Source of the DNA: the human T2T-CHM13v2.0 reference genome, Homo sapiens
Length of the DNA: 64,000 nt
Reading direction: 5' to 3' (one strand)
NCBI RefSeq assembly: GCF_009914755.1
Contig: NC_060925.1
Notes under the pieces: model-generated
What the model was told of the DNA's origin: nothing
What the model saw: the letters and a program-made list of their open reading frames with translations, nothing else
The model's database searches: none
Translations under genes and position numbers: made by a program
In this document: one piece after another, positions 29,436 through 44,899 of the stretch
How the letters are laid out: each line of letters opens with the position of its first letter
Numbering within the stretch: the stretch's first letter is position 1

Positions 29436-32400
29436 ATGGAATTGAATGGAATCATCGAATGGTCTCGATTGGAATCATTATCAAATGGAATCGAATGGAA
29501 TCACCGAATAGAATCGAATGGAACAATCATCGAATGGACTCAAATGGAATTATCCTCAAATGGAATGGAATGGAATTATCGAATGCAATCGAATGGAATT
29601 ATCGAATGCAATCGAATAGAATCATCGAATGGACTCGAATGGAATCATCGAATGGAATGGAATAGAACAGTCAATGAACTCGAATGGAATCATCATTGAA
29701 TGGAATCGAATGGAATCATCGAGTGGAATCGAATGGAATTATGATCAAATGGAATCGAATGTAATCATCATCAAATGGAATCAAAAATAACCATCATCAA
29801 TTGGTATTGAATGGAATTGTCATCAAATGGAATTCAAAGGAATCATCATCAAATGGAACCGAATGGAATCCTCATTGAATGGAAATGAAAGGGGTCATCA
29901 TCTAATGGAATCGCATGGAATCATCATCAAATGGAATCGAATGGAATCATCATCAAATTGAATCTAATGGAATCATTGAAAAGAATTGAATGGAATCATC
30001 ATCGAATGAATTGAATGCAATCATCGATTGGTCTCGAATGGAATCATCTTCTAATGGAAAGGAATGGAATCATCGCATAGAATCGAATGGAATTATCATC
30101 GAATGGAATCAAATGGTATCAACACCAAACGGAAAAAAACGGAATTATCGAATGGAATCGAAGAGAATCTTCGAACGGACCCGAATGGAATCATCTAATG
30201 GAATGGAATGGAATAATCCATGGACTCGAATGCAATCATCATCGAATGGAATCGAATGGAATCATCGAATGGACTCGAATGGAATAATCATTGAACGGAA
30301 TCGAATGGAATCATCATCGGATGGAAACGAATGGAATCATCATCGAATGGAAATGAAAGGAGTCATCATCTAATGGAATTGCATGGAATCATCATAAAAT
30401 GGAATCGAATGGAATCAACATCAAATGGAATCAAATGGAATCATTGAACGGAATTGAATGGAATCGTCATCGAATGAATTGAATGCAATCATCGAATGGT
30501 CTCGAATGGAATCATCTTCAAATGGAATGGAATGGAATCATCGCATAGAATCGAATGGAATTATCATCGAATGGAATCGAATGGAATCAACATCAAACGG
30601 AAAAAAACGGAATTATCGAATGGAATCGAAGAGAATCATCGAATGGACCCGAATGGAATCATCTAATGGAATGGAATGGAATAATCCATGGACTCGAATG
30701 CAGTCATCATCGAATGGAATCGAATGGAATCATCGAATGGACTCGAATGGAATAATCATTGAACGGAATCGAATGGAATCGTCATCGGATGGCAATGAAT
30801 GGAATCATCATCGAATGGAATCGAATAGAATTATGGAATGAAATCCAGTGTGATCATCATCGAATGGACCCGAATGGAATCATCATCCAACGGAAGCTAA
30901 TGGAATCAACATCGAATGAATCAAATGGAAATACCATCGAATTGAAACGAATGGAATTACCATGAAATTGAAATGGATGGACTCATCATCGAATGGATTC
31001 GAATGGAATCATCGAATAAAATTGATTGAAATCATCATCGAATGGAATCGAATGGTATCATTGAATGGAATCGAATGGAATCATCATCAGATGGAAATGA
31101 ATGGAATCGTCATAGAATGGAATCGAATGGATTCATTGAATGGAATCAGATGGAATCATTGAATGGACTGGAATGGAATCATTGAATGGACTCGAAAGGG
31201 ATCATTATTGAATGGAATTAATGGAATCATCGAATGGTCTCGATTGGAATCATTATCAAATGGAATCGAATGGAATCACCGAATAGAATCGAATGGAACA
31301 ATCATCGAATGGACTCAAATGGAATTATTCTCCAATGGAATCGAATGGAATTATCGAATGCAATCGAATGGAATTATCGAATGCAATCGAATAGAATCAT
31401 CGAATGGACTCGAATGGAATCATCGAATGGAATGGAATGGAACAGTCAATGAACTCGAATGGAATCATCACTGAATGGAATCGAATGGAATCATCGAGTG
31501 GAATCGAATGGAATTATGATCAAATGGAATCGAATGTAATCATCATCAAATGGAATCAAAAATAACCATCATCAATTGGTATTGAATGGAATTGTCATCA
31601 AATGGAATTCAAAGGAATCATCATCAAATGGAACAGAATGGAATCCTCGTTGAATGGAAATGAAAGGGGTCATCATCTAATGGAATCGCATGGAATCATC
31701 ATCAAATGGAATCGAATGGAATCATCATCAAATGGAATCTGATGGAATCATTGAACAGAATTGAATGGAATCGTCATCGAATGAATAGAATGCAATCATC
31801 GAATGGTCTCGAATGGAATCATCTTTTAATGGAAAGGAATGGAATCATCGCATAGAATCGAATGGAATTAACATTGAATGGACTCGAATGGAATCAACAT
31901 CAAACGGAATCAAGCGGAATTATCGAATGGAATCGAAGAGAATCATCGAATGGACTCGAATGGAATAATCTAATGGAATTGAATGGAATAATCCACGGAC
32001 TCGAATGCAATCATCATCGTATAGAATCGAATGGAATCATCGAATGGACTCGAATGGAATAATCATTGAACGGAATCGAATGGAATCATCATCGGATGGA
32101 ACCGAATGGAATCATCATCGTATGGAAATGAAAGGAGTCATCATCTAATGGAATTGCATGGAATCATCATAAAATGGAATCGAATGGAATCAACATCAAA
32201 TGGAATCAAATGGAATCATTGAACGGAATTGAATGGAATCGTCATCGAATGAATTGAATGCAATCATCCAATGGTCTCGAATGGAATCATCTTCAAATGG
32301 AATGGAATGGAATCATCGCATAGAATCGAATGGAATTATCATCGAATGGAATCGAATGGAATCAACATCAAACGGAAAAAAACGGAATTATCGAATGGAA

Positions 32401-33499
32401 TCGAAGAGAATCATCGAATGGACCCGAATGGAATCATCTAATGGAATGGAATGGAATAATCCATGGACTCGAATGCAATCATCATCGAATGGAATCGAAT
32501 GGAATCATCGAATGGACTCGAATGGAATAATCATTGAACGGAATCGAATGGAATCGTCATCGGATGGCAATGAATGGAATCATCATCGAATGGAATCGAA
32601 TAGAATTATGGAATGAAATCCAGTGTGATCATCATCGAATGGACCCGAATGGAATCATCATCCAACGGAAGCTAATGGAATCAACATCGAATGAATCAAA
32701 TGGAAATACCATCGAATTGAAACGAATGGAATTACCATGAAATTGAAATGGATGGACTCATCATCGAATGGATTCGAATGGAATCATCGAATAAAATTGA
32801 TTGAAATCATCATCGAATGGAATCGAATGGTATCATTGAATGGAATCGAATGGAATCATCATCAGATGGAAATGAATGGAATCGTCATAGAATGGAATCG
32901 AATGGATTCATTGAATGGAATCAGATGGAATCATTGAATGGACTGGAATGGAATCATTGAATGGACTCGAAAGGGATCATTATTGAATGGAATTGAATGG
33001 AATCATCGAATGGTCTCGATTGGAATCATTATCAAATGGAATCGAATGGAATCACCGAATAGAATCGAATGGAACAATCATCGAATGGACTCAAATGGAA
33101 TTATCCTCAAATGGAATCGAATGGAATTATCGAATGCAATCGAATGGAATTATCGAATGCAATCGAAAAGAATCATCGAATGGACTCGAATGGAATCATC
33201 GAATGGAATGAAATGGAACAGTCAATGAACTCGAATGGAATCATCATTGAATGGAATCGAATGGAATCATCGAGTGGAATCGAATGGAATTATGATCAAA
33301 TGGAATCGAATGTAATCATCATCAAATGGAATCAAAAATAACCATCATCAATTGGTATTGAATGGAATTGTCATCAAATGGAATTCAAAGGAATCATCAT
33401 CAAATGGAACCGAATGGAATCCTCATTGAATGGAAATGAAAGGGGTCATCATCTAATGGAATCGCATGGAATCATCATCAAATGGAATCGAATGGAATC

Positions 33500-36400
33500 A
33501 TCATCAAATGGAATCTAATGGAATCATTGAAAGAATTGAATGGAATCATCATCGAATGAATTGAATGCAATCATCGAATGGTCTCGAATGGAATCACCTT
33601 CTAATGGAAAGGAATGGAATCATCGCATAGAATCGAATGGAATTATCATCGAATGGAATCGAATGGTATCAACACCAAACGGAAAAAAACGGAATTATCG
33701 AATGGAATCGAAGAGAATCTTCGAACGGACCCGAATGGAATCATCTAATGGAATGGAATGGAATAATCCATGGACTCGAATGCAATCATCATCGAATGGA
33801 ATCGAATGGAATCATCGAATGGACTCGAATGGAATAATCATTGAACGGAATCGAATGGAATCATCATCGGACGGAAACGAATGGAATCATCATCGAATGG
33901 GAATGAAAGGAGTCATCATCTAATGGAATTGCATGGAATCATCATAAAAAGGAATCGAATGGAATCAACATCAAATGGAATCAAATGGAATCATTGAACG
34001 GAATTGAATGGAATCGTCATCGAATGAATTGAATGCAATCATCGAATGGTCTCAAATGGAATCATCTTCAAATGGAATGGAATGGAATCATCGCATAGAA
34101 TCGAATGGAATTATCATCGAATGTAATCGAATGGAATCAACACCAAACGGAAAAAAACGGAATTATCGAATGGAATCGAAGAGAATCATCGAATGGACCC
34201 GAATGGAATCATCTAATGGAATGGAATGGAATAATCCATGGACTCGAATGCAATCATCATCGAATGGAATCGAATGGAATCATCGAATGGACTCGAATGG
34301 AATAATCATTGAACGGAATCGAATGGAATCATCATCGGATGGAAATGAATGGAATCATCATCGAATGGAATCGAATAGAATTATGGAATGAAATCCAGTG
34401 TGATCATCATCGAATGTACCCGAATGGAATCATCATCCAACGGAAGCTAATGGAATCAACATCGAATGAATCAAATGGAAACACCATCGAATTGAAACGA
34501 ATGGAATTACCATGAAATTGAAATGGATGGACTCATCATCAAATGGATTTGAGTGGAATCATCGAATAAAATTGATTGAAATCATCATCGAATGGAATCG
34601 AATGGTATCATTGAATGGAATCGAATGGAATCATCGTCAGATGGAAATGAAAGGAATCGTCATAGAATGGAATCGAATGGATTCATTGAATGGAATCAGA
34701 TGTAATCATTGAATGGACTGGAATGGAATCACTGAATGGACTCGAAAGGGATCATTATTGAATGGAATTGAATGGAATCATCAAATGGTCTCGATTGGAA
34801 TCATTATCAAATGGAATCGAATGGAATCACCGAATAGAATCGAATGGAACAATCATCGAATGGACTCAAATGGAATTATGCTCAAATGGAATTGAATGGA
34901 ATTATCGAATGCAATCGAATGGAATTATCGAATGCAATCGAATAGAATCATCGAATGGACTCGAATGGAATCATCGAATGGAATGGAATGGAACAGTCAA
35001 TGAACTCGAATGGAATCATCATTGAATGGAATCGAATGGAATCATCGAGTGGAATCGAATGTAATCATCATCAAATGGAATCAAAAATAACCATCATCAA
35101 ATGGAATCAAAAATAACCATCATCAATTGGTATTGAATGGAATTCTCATCAAATGGAATTCAAAGGAATCATCATCAAATGGAACCGAATGGAATCCTCA
35201 TTGAATGGAAATGAAAGGGGTCATCATCTAATGGAATCGCATGGAATCATCATAAAATGGAAACGAATGGAATCAACACCAAATGGAATCAAATGGAATC
35301 ATTGAACGGAATTGAATGGAATCGTTATCGAATGAATTGAATGCAATCATCGAATGGTCTCGAATGGAATCATCTTCAAATGGAATGGAATGGAATCATC
35401 GCATAGAATCGAATGAAATTATCATCGAATGGAATCGAATGGAATCAACACCAAACGGAAAAAAACGGAATTATCGAATGGAATCGAAGAGAATCATCGA
35501 ATGGACCCGAATGGAATCATCTAATGGAATGGAATGTAATAATCCATGGACTCGAATGCAATCATCATCGAATGGAATCGAATGGAATCATCGAATGGAC
35601 TCGAATGGAATAATCATTGAACGGAATCGAATGGAATCATCATCGGATGGAGACGAATGGAATCATCATCGAATGGAATCGAATAGAATTATGGAATGAA
35701 ATCCAGTGTGATCATCATCGAATGGACCCCAATGGAATCATCATCCAACGGAAGCTAATGGAATCAACATCGAATGAATCAAATGGAAATACCATCGAAT
35801 TGAAACGAATGGAATTACCATGAAATTGAAATGGATGGACTCATCATCGAATGGATTCGAATGGAATCATCGAATAAAATTGATTGAAATCATCATCGAA
35901 TGGAATCGAATGGTATCATTGAATGGAATCGAATGGAATCATCATCAGATGGAAATGAATGGAATCGTCATAGAATGGAATCGAATGGATTCATTGAATG
36001 GAATCAGATGGAATCATTGAATGGACTGGAATGGAATCATTGAATGGACTCGAAAGGGATCATTATTGAATGGAATTGAATGGAATCATCGAATGGTCTC
36101 GATTGGAATCATTATCAAATGGAATCGAATGGAATCACCGAATAGAATCGAATGGAACAATCATCGAATGGACTCAAATGGAATTATCCTCCAATGGAAT
36201 CGAATGGAATTATCGAATGCAATCAAATGGAATTATCGAATGCAATCGAATAGAATCATCGAATGGACTCGAATGGAATCATCGAATGGAATGGAATGGA
36301 ACAGTCAATGAACTCGAATGGAATCATCATTGAATGGAATCGAATGGAATCATCGAGTGGAATCGAATGGAATTATGATCAAATGGAATCGAATGTAATC

Positions 36401-39400
36401 ATCATCAAATGGAATCAAAAATAACCATCATCAATTGGTATTGAATGGAATTGTCATCAAATGGAATTCAAAGGAATCATCATCAAATGGAACCGAATGG
36501 AATCCTCATTGAATGGAAATGAAAGGGGTCATCATCTAATGGAATCGCATGGAATCATCATCAAATGGAATCGAATGGAATCATCATCAAATGGAATCTA
36601 ATGGAATCATTGAAAAGAATTCAATGGAATCGTCATCGAATGAATTGAATGCAATCATCGAATGGTCTCGAATGGAATCATCTTCTAATGGAAAGGAATG
36701 GAATCATCGCATAGAATCGAATGGAATTATCATCGAATGGAATCAAATGGTATCAACACCAAACGGAAAAAAACGGAATTATCGAATGGAATCGAAGAGA
36801 ATCTTCGAACGGACCCGAATGGAATCATCTAATGGAATGGAATGGAATAATCCATGGACTCGAATGCAATCATCATCGAATGGAATCGAATGGAATCATC
36901 GAATGGACTCGAATGGAATAATCATTGAACGGAATCGAATGGAATCATCATCGGATGGAAACGAATGGAATCATCATCGAATGGAAATGAAAGGAGTCAT
37001 CATCTAATGGAATTGCATGGAATCATCATCAAATGGAATCGAATGGAATCAACATCAAATGGAATCAAATGGAATCATTGAACGGAATTGAATGGAATCG
37101 TCATCGAATGAATTGAATGCAATCATCGAATGGTCTCGAATGGAATCATCTTCAAATGGAATGGAATGGAATCATCGCATAGAATCGAATGGAATTATCA
37201 TCGAATGGAATCGAATGGAATCAACATGAAACGGAAAAAAACGGAATTATCGAATGGAATCGAAGAGAATCATCGAATGGACCCGAAAGGAATCATCTAA
37301 TGGAATGGCATGGAATAATCCATGGACTCGAATGCAATCATCATCGAATGGAATCGAATGGAATCATCGAATGGACTCGAATGGAATAATCATTGAACGG
37401 AATCGAATGGAATCATCATCGGATGGAAATGAAAGGAGTCATCATCTAATGGAATTGCATGGAATCATCATAAAATGGAATCGAATGGAATCAACATCAA
37501 ATGGAATCAAATGGAATCATTGAACGGAATTGAATGGAATCGTCATCGAATGAATTGAATGCAATCATCGAATGGTCTCGAATGGAATCATCTTCAAATG
37601 GAATGGAATGGAATCATCGCATAGAATCGAATGGAATTATCATCGAATGGAATCGAATGGAATCAACATCAAACGGAAAAAAACGGAATTATCGAATGGA
37701 ATCGAAGAGAGTCATCGAATGGACCCGAATGGAATCATCTAATGGAATGGAATGGAATAATCCATGGACTCGAATGCAATCATCATCGAATGGAATCGAA
37801 TGGAATCATCGAATGGACTCGAATGGAATAATCATTGAACGGAATAGAATAGAATCATCATCGGATGGAAATGAATGGAATCGTCATCGAATGGAATCGA
37901 ATAGAATTATGGAATGAAATCCAGTGTGATCATCATCGAATGGACCCGAATGGAATCATCATCCAACGGAAGCTAATGGAATCAACATCGAATGAATCAA
38001 ATGGAAACACCATCGAATTGAAACGCATGGAATTACCATGAAATTGAAATGGATGGACTCATCATCGAATGGATTCGAATGGAATCATCGAATAAAATTG
38101 ATTGAAATCATCATCGAATGGAATCGAATGGTATCATTGAATGGAATCGAATGGAATCATCATCAGATGGAAATGAATGGAATCGTCATACAATGGAATC
38201 GAATGGATTCATTGAATGGAATCAGATGGAATCATCGAATGGACTGGAATGGAATCATTGAATGGACTCGAAAGTGATCATTATTGAATGGAATTGAATG
38301 GAATCATCGAATGGTCTCGATTGGAATCATTATCAAATGGAATCGAATGGAATCACCGAATAGAATCGAATGGAACAATCATCGAATGGACTCAAATGGA
38401 ATTATCCTCCAATGGAATCGAATGGAATTATCGAATGCAATCGAATGGAATTATCGAATGCAATCGAATAGAATCATCGAATGGACTCGAATGGAATCAT
38501 CGAATGGAATGGAATGGAACAGTCAATGAACTCGAATGGAATCATCATTGAATGGAATCGAATGGAATCATCGAGTGGAATCGAATGGAATTATGATCAA
38601 ATGGAATCGAATGTAATCATCATCAAATGGAATCAAAAATAACCATCATCAATTGGTATTGAATGGAATTGTCATCAAATGGAATTCAAAGGAATCATCA
38701 TGAAATGGAACCGAATGGAATCCTCATTGAATGGAAAAGAAAGGGGTCATCATCTAATGGAATCGCATGGAATCATCATCAAATGGAATCGAATGGAATC
38801 ATCATCAAATGGAATCTAATGGAATCATTGAAAGAATTGAATGGAATCATCATCGAATGAATTGAATGCAATCATCGAATGGTCTCGAATGGAATCATCT
38901 TCTAATGGAAAGGAATGGAATCATCGCATAGAATCGAATGGAATTATCATCGAATGGAATCGAATGGTATCAACACCAAACGGAAAAAAACGGAATTATC
39001 GAATGGAATCGAAGAGAATCTTCGAACGGACCCGAATGGAATCATCTAATGGAATGGAATGGAATAATCCATGGACTCGAATGCAATCATCATCGAATGG
39101 AATCGAATGGAATCATCGAATGGACTCGAATGGAATAATCATTGAACGGAATCGAATGGAATCATCATCGGACGGAAACGAATGGAATCATCATCGAATG
39201 GGAATGAAAGGAGTCATCATCTAATGGAATTGCATGGAATCATCATAAAATGGAATCGAATGGAATCAACATCAAATGGAATCAAATGGAATCATTGAAC
39301 GGAATTGAATGGAATCGTCATCGAATGAATTGAATGCAATCATCGAATGGTCTCAAATGGAATCATCTTCAAATGGAATGGAATGGAATCATCGCATAGA

Positions 39401-42400
39401 ATCGAATGGAATTATCATCGAATGTAATCGAATGGAATCAAAACCAAACGGAAAAAAACGGAATTATCGAATGGAATCGAAGAGAATCATCGAATGGACC
39501 CGAATGGAATCATCTAATGGAATGGAATGGAATAATCCATGGACTCGAATGCAATCATCATCGAATGGAATCGAATGGAATCATCGAATGGACTCGAATG
39601 GAATAATCATTGAACAGAATCGAATGGAATCATCATCGGATGGAAATGAATGGAATCATCATCGAATGGAATCGAATAGAATTATGGAATGAAATCCAGT
39701 GTGATCATCATCGAATGGACCCGAATGGAATCATCATCCAACGGAAGCTAATGGAATCAACATCGAATGAATCAAATGGAAACACCATCGAATTGAAACG
39801 AATGGAATTACCATGAAATTGAAATGGATGGACTCATCATCAAATGGATTTGAGTGGAATCATCGAATAAAATTGATTGAAATCATCATCGAATGGAATC
39901 GAATGGTATCATTGAATGGAATCGAATGGAATCATCATCAGATGGAAATGAAAGGAATCGTCATAGAATGGAATCGAATGGATTCATTGAATGGAATCAG
40001 ATGGAATCATTGAATGGACTGGAATGGAATCATTGAATGGACTCGAAAGGGATCATTATTGAATGGAATTGAATGGAATCATCGAATGGTCTCGATTGGA
40101 ATCATTATCAAATAGAATCGAATGGAATCACCGAATAGAATCGAATGGAACAATCATCGAATGGACTCAAATGGAATTATCCTCAAATGGAATTGAATGG
40201 AATTATCGAATGCAATCGAATGGAATTATCGAATGCAATCGAATAGAATCATCGAATGGACTCGAATGGAATCATCGAATGGAATGGAATGGAACAGTCA
40301 ATGAACACGAATGGAATCATCATTGAATGGAATCGAATGGAATCATCGAGTGGAATCGAATGTAATCATCATCAAATGGAATCAAAAATAACCATCATCA
40401 AATGGAATCAAAAATAACCATCATCAATTGGTATTGAATGGAATTCTCATCAAATGGAATTCAAAGGAATCATCATCAAATGGAACCGAATGGAATCCTC
40501 ATTGAATGGAAATGAAAGGGGTCATCATCTAATGGAATCGCATGGAATCATCATAAAATGGAAACGAATGGAATCAACATCAAATGGAATCAAATGGAAT
40601 CATTGAACGGAATTGAATGGAATCGTTATCGAATGAATTGAATGCAATCATCGAATGGTCTCGAATGGAATCATCTTCAAATGGAATGGAATGGAATCAT
40701 CGCATAGAATCGAATGAAATTATCATCGAATGGAATCGAATGGAATCAACACCAAACGGAAAAAAACGGAATTATCGAATGGAATCGAAGAGAATCATCG
40801 AATGGACCCGAATGGAATCATCTAATGGAATGGAATGGAATAATCCATGGACTCGAATGCAATCATCATCGAATGGAATCGAATGGAATCATCGAATGGA
40901 CTCGAATGGAATAATCATTGAACGGAATCGAATGGAATCATCATCGGATGGAAACGAATGGAATCATCATCGAATGGAATCGAATAGAATTATGGAATGA
41001 AATCCAGTGTGATCATCATCGAATGGACCCGAATGGAATCATCATCCAACGGAAGCTAATGGAATCAACATCGAATGAATCAAATGGAAATACCATCGAA
41101 TTGAAACGAATGGAATTACCATGAAATTGAAATGGATGGACTCATCATCGAATGGATTCGAATGGAATCATCGAATAAAATTGATTGAAATCATCATCGA
41201 ATGGAATCGAATGGTATCATTGAATGGAATCGAATGGAATCATCATCAGATGGAAATGAAAGGAATCGTCATAGAATGGAATCGAATGGATTCATTGAAT
41301 GGAATCAGATGGAATCATTGAATGGACTGGAATGGAATCATTGAATGGACTCGAAAGGGATCATTATTGAATGGAATTGAATGGAATCATCGAATGGTCT
41401 CGATTGGAATCATTATCAAATGGAATCGAATGGAATCACCGAATAGAATCGAATGGAACAATCATCGAATGGACTCAAATGGAATTATCCTCCAATGGAA
41501 TCGAATGGAATTATCGAATGCAATCGAATGGAATTATCGAATGCAATCGAATAGCATCATCGAATGGACTCGAATGGAATCATCGAATGAAATGAAATGG
41601 AACAGTCAATGAACTCGAATGGAATCATCATTGAATGGAATCGAATGGAATCATCGAGTGGAATCGAATGGAATTATGATCAAATGGAATCGAATGTAAT
41701 CATCATCAAATGGAATCAAAAATAACCATCATCAATTGGTATTGAATGGAATTGTCATCAAATGGAATTCAAAGGAATCATCATCAAATGGAACCGAATG
41801 GAATCCTCATTGAATGGAAATGAAAGGGGTCATCATCTAATGGAATCGCATGGAATCATCATCAAATGGAATCGAATGGAATCATCATCAAATGGAATCT
41901 AATGGAATCATTGAAAGAATTGAATGGAATCATCATCGAATGAATTGAATGCAATCATCGAATGGTCTCGAATGGAATCACCTTCTAATGGAAAGGAATG
42001 GAATCATCGCATAGAATCGAATGGAATTATCATCGAATGGAATCGAATGGTATGAACACCAAACGGAAAAAAACGGAATTATCGAATGGAATCGAAGAGA
42101 ATCTTCGAACGGACCCGAATGGAATCATCTAATGGAATGGAATGGAATAATCCATGGACTCGAATGCAATCATCATCGAATGGAATCGAATGGAATCATC
42201 GAATGGACTCGAATGGAATAATCATTGAACGGAATCGAATGGAATCATCATCGGACGGAAACGAATGGAATCATCATCGAATGGGAATGAAAGGAGTCAT
42301 CATCTAATGGAATTGCATGGAATCATCATAAAATGGAATCGAATGGAATCAACATCAAATGGAATCAAATGGAATCATTGAACGGAATTGAATGGAATCG

Positions 42401-44050
42401 TCATCGAATGAATTGAATGCAATCATCGAATGGTCTCAAATGGAATCATCTTCAAATGGAATGGAATGGAATCATCGCATAGAATCGAATGGAATTATCA
42501 TCGAATGTAATCGAATGGAATCAACACCAAACGGAAAAAAACGGAATTATCGAATGGAATCGAAGAGAATCATTGAATGGACCCGAATGGAATCATCTAA
42601 TGGAATGGAATGGAATAATCCATGGACTCGAATGCAATCATCATCGAATGGAATCGAATGGAATCATCGAATGGACTCGAATGGAATAATCATTGAACGG
42701 AATCGAATGGAATCATCATCGGATGGAAATGAATGGAATCATCATCGAATGGAATCGAATAGAATTATGGAATGAAATCTAGTGTGATCATCATCGAATG
42801 TACCCGAATGGAATCATCATCCAACGGAAGCTAATGGAATCAACATCGAATGAATCAAATGGAAACACCATCGAATTGAAACGAATGGAATTACCATGAA
42901 ATTGAAATGGATGGACTCATCATCAAATGGATTTGAGTGGAATGATCGAATAAAATTGATTGAAATCATCATCGAATGGAATCGAATGGTATCATTGAAT
43001 GGAATCGAATGGAATCATCGTCAGATGGAAATGAAAGGAATCGTCATAGAATGGAATCGAATGGATTCATTGAATGGAATCAGATGGAATCGTTGAATGG
43101 ACTGGAATGGAATCATTGAATGGACTCGAAAGGGATCATTATTGAATGGAATTGAATGGAATCATCGAATGGTCTCGATTGGAATCATTATCAAATGGAA
43201 TCGAATGGAATCAAAGAATAGAATCGAATGGAACAATAATCGAATGGACTCAAATGGAATTATACTCAAATGGAATTGAATGGAATTATCGAATGCAATC
43301 GAATGGAATTATCGAATGCAATCGAATAGAATCATCGAATGGACTCGAATGGAATCATCGAATGGAATGGAATGGAACAGTCAATGAACTCGAATGGAAT
43401 CATCATTGAATGGAATCGAATGGAATCATCGAGTGGAATCGAATGTAATCATCATCAAATGGAATCAAAAATAACCATCATCAAATGGAATCAAAAATAA
43501 CCATCATCAATTGGTATTGAATGGAATTCTCATCAAATGGAATTCAAAGGAATCATCATCAAATGGAACCGAATGGAATCCTCATTGAATGGAAATGAAA
43601 GGGGTCATCATCTAATGGAATCGCATGGAATCATCATAAAATGGAAACGAATGGAATCAACATCAAATGGAATCAAATGGAATCATTGAACGGAATTGAA
43701 TGGAATCGTTATCGAATGAATTGAATGCAATCATCGAATGGTCTCGAATGGAATCATCTTCAAATGGAATGGAATGGAATCATCGCATAGAATCGAATGA
43801 AATTATCATCGAATGGAATCGAATGGAATCAACACCAAACGGAAAAAAACGGAATTATCGAATGGAATCGAAGAGAATCATCGAATGGACCCGAATGGAA
43901 TCATCTAATGGAATGGAATGGAATAATCCATGGACTCGAATGCAATCATCATCGAATGGAATCGAATGGAATCATCGAATGGACTCGAATGGAATAATCA
44001 TTGAACGGAATCGAATGGAATCATCATCGGATGGAAACGAATGGAATCAT
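33500..44050 (+). repeat. Three copies of an ~3-kb two-unit variant cassette at offsets 5301 and 3083 bp
   Basis: Shared variants cattgaaagaatt (1-bp deletion), ggacggaaacg, gggaatgaaagg, tctcaaatgg, gaatgtaatcg, ggatttgagtgg, atcgttatcg; ORF starts 34008/39309/42392 and 35316/40617/43700. Confidence 0.85.
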
Positions 44051-44899
44051 CATCGAATGGAAATGAAAGGAGTCATCATCTAATGGAATTGCATGGAATC
44101 ATCATCAAATGGAATCGAATGGAATCAACATCAAATGGAATCAAATGGAATCATTGAACGGAATTGAATGGAATCGTCATCGAATGAATTGAATGCAATC
44201 ATCGAATGGTCTCGAATGGAATCATCTTCAAATGGAATGGAATGGAATCATCGCATAGAATCGAATGGAATTATCATCGAATGGAATCGAATGGAATCAA
44301 CATGAAACGGAAAAAAACGGAATTATCGAATGGAATCGAAGAGAATCATCGAATGGACCCGAAAGGAATCATCTAATGGAATGGCATGGAATAATCCATG
44401 GACTCGAATGCAATCATCATCGAATGGAATCGAATGGAATCATCGAATGGACTCGAATGGAATAATCATTGAACGGAATCGAATGGAATCATCATCGGAT
44501 GGAAATGAAAGGAGTCATCATCTAATGGAATTGCATGGAATCATCATAAAATGGAATCGAATGGAATCAACATCAAATGGAATCAAATGGAATCATTGAA
44601 CGGAATTGAATGGAATCGTCATCGAATGAATTGAATGCAATCATCGAATGGTCTCGAATGGAATCATCTTCAAATGGAATGGAATGGAATCATCGCATAG
44701 AATCGAATGGAATTATCATCGAATGGAATCGAATGGAATCAACATGAAACGGAAAAAAACGGAATTATCGAATGGAATCGAAGAGAATCATCGAATGGAC
44801 CCGAAAGGAATCATCTAATGGAATGGCATGGAATAATCCATGGACTCGAATGCAATCATCATCGAATGGAATCGAATGGAATCATCGAATGGACTCGAA

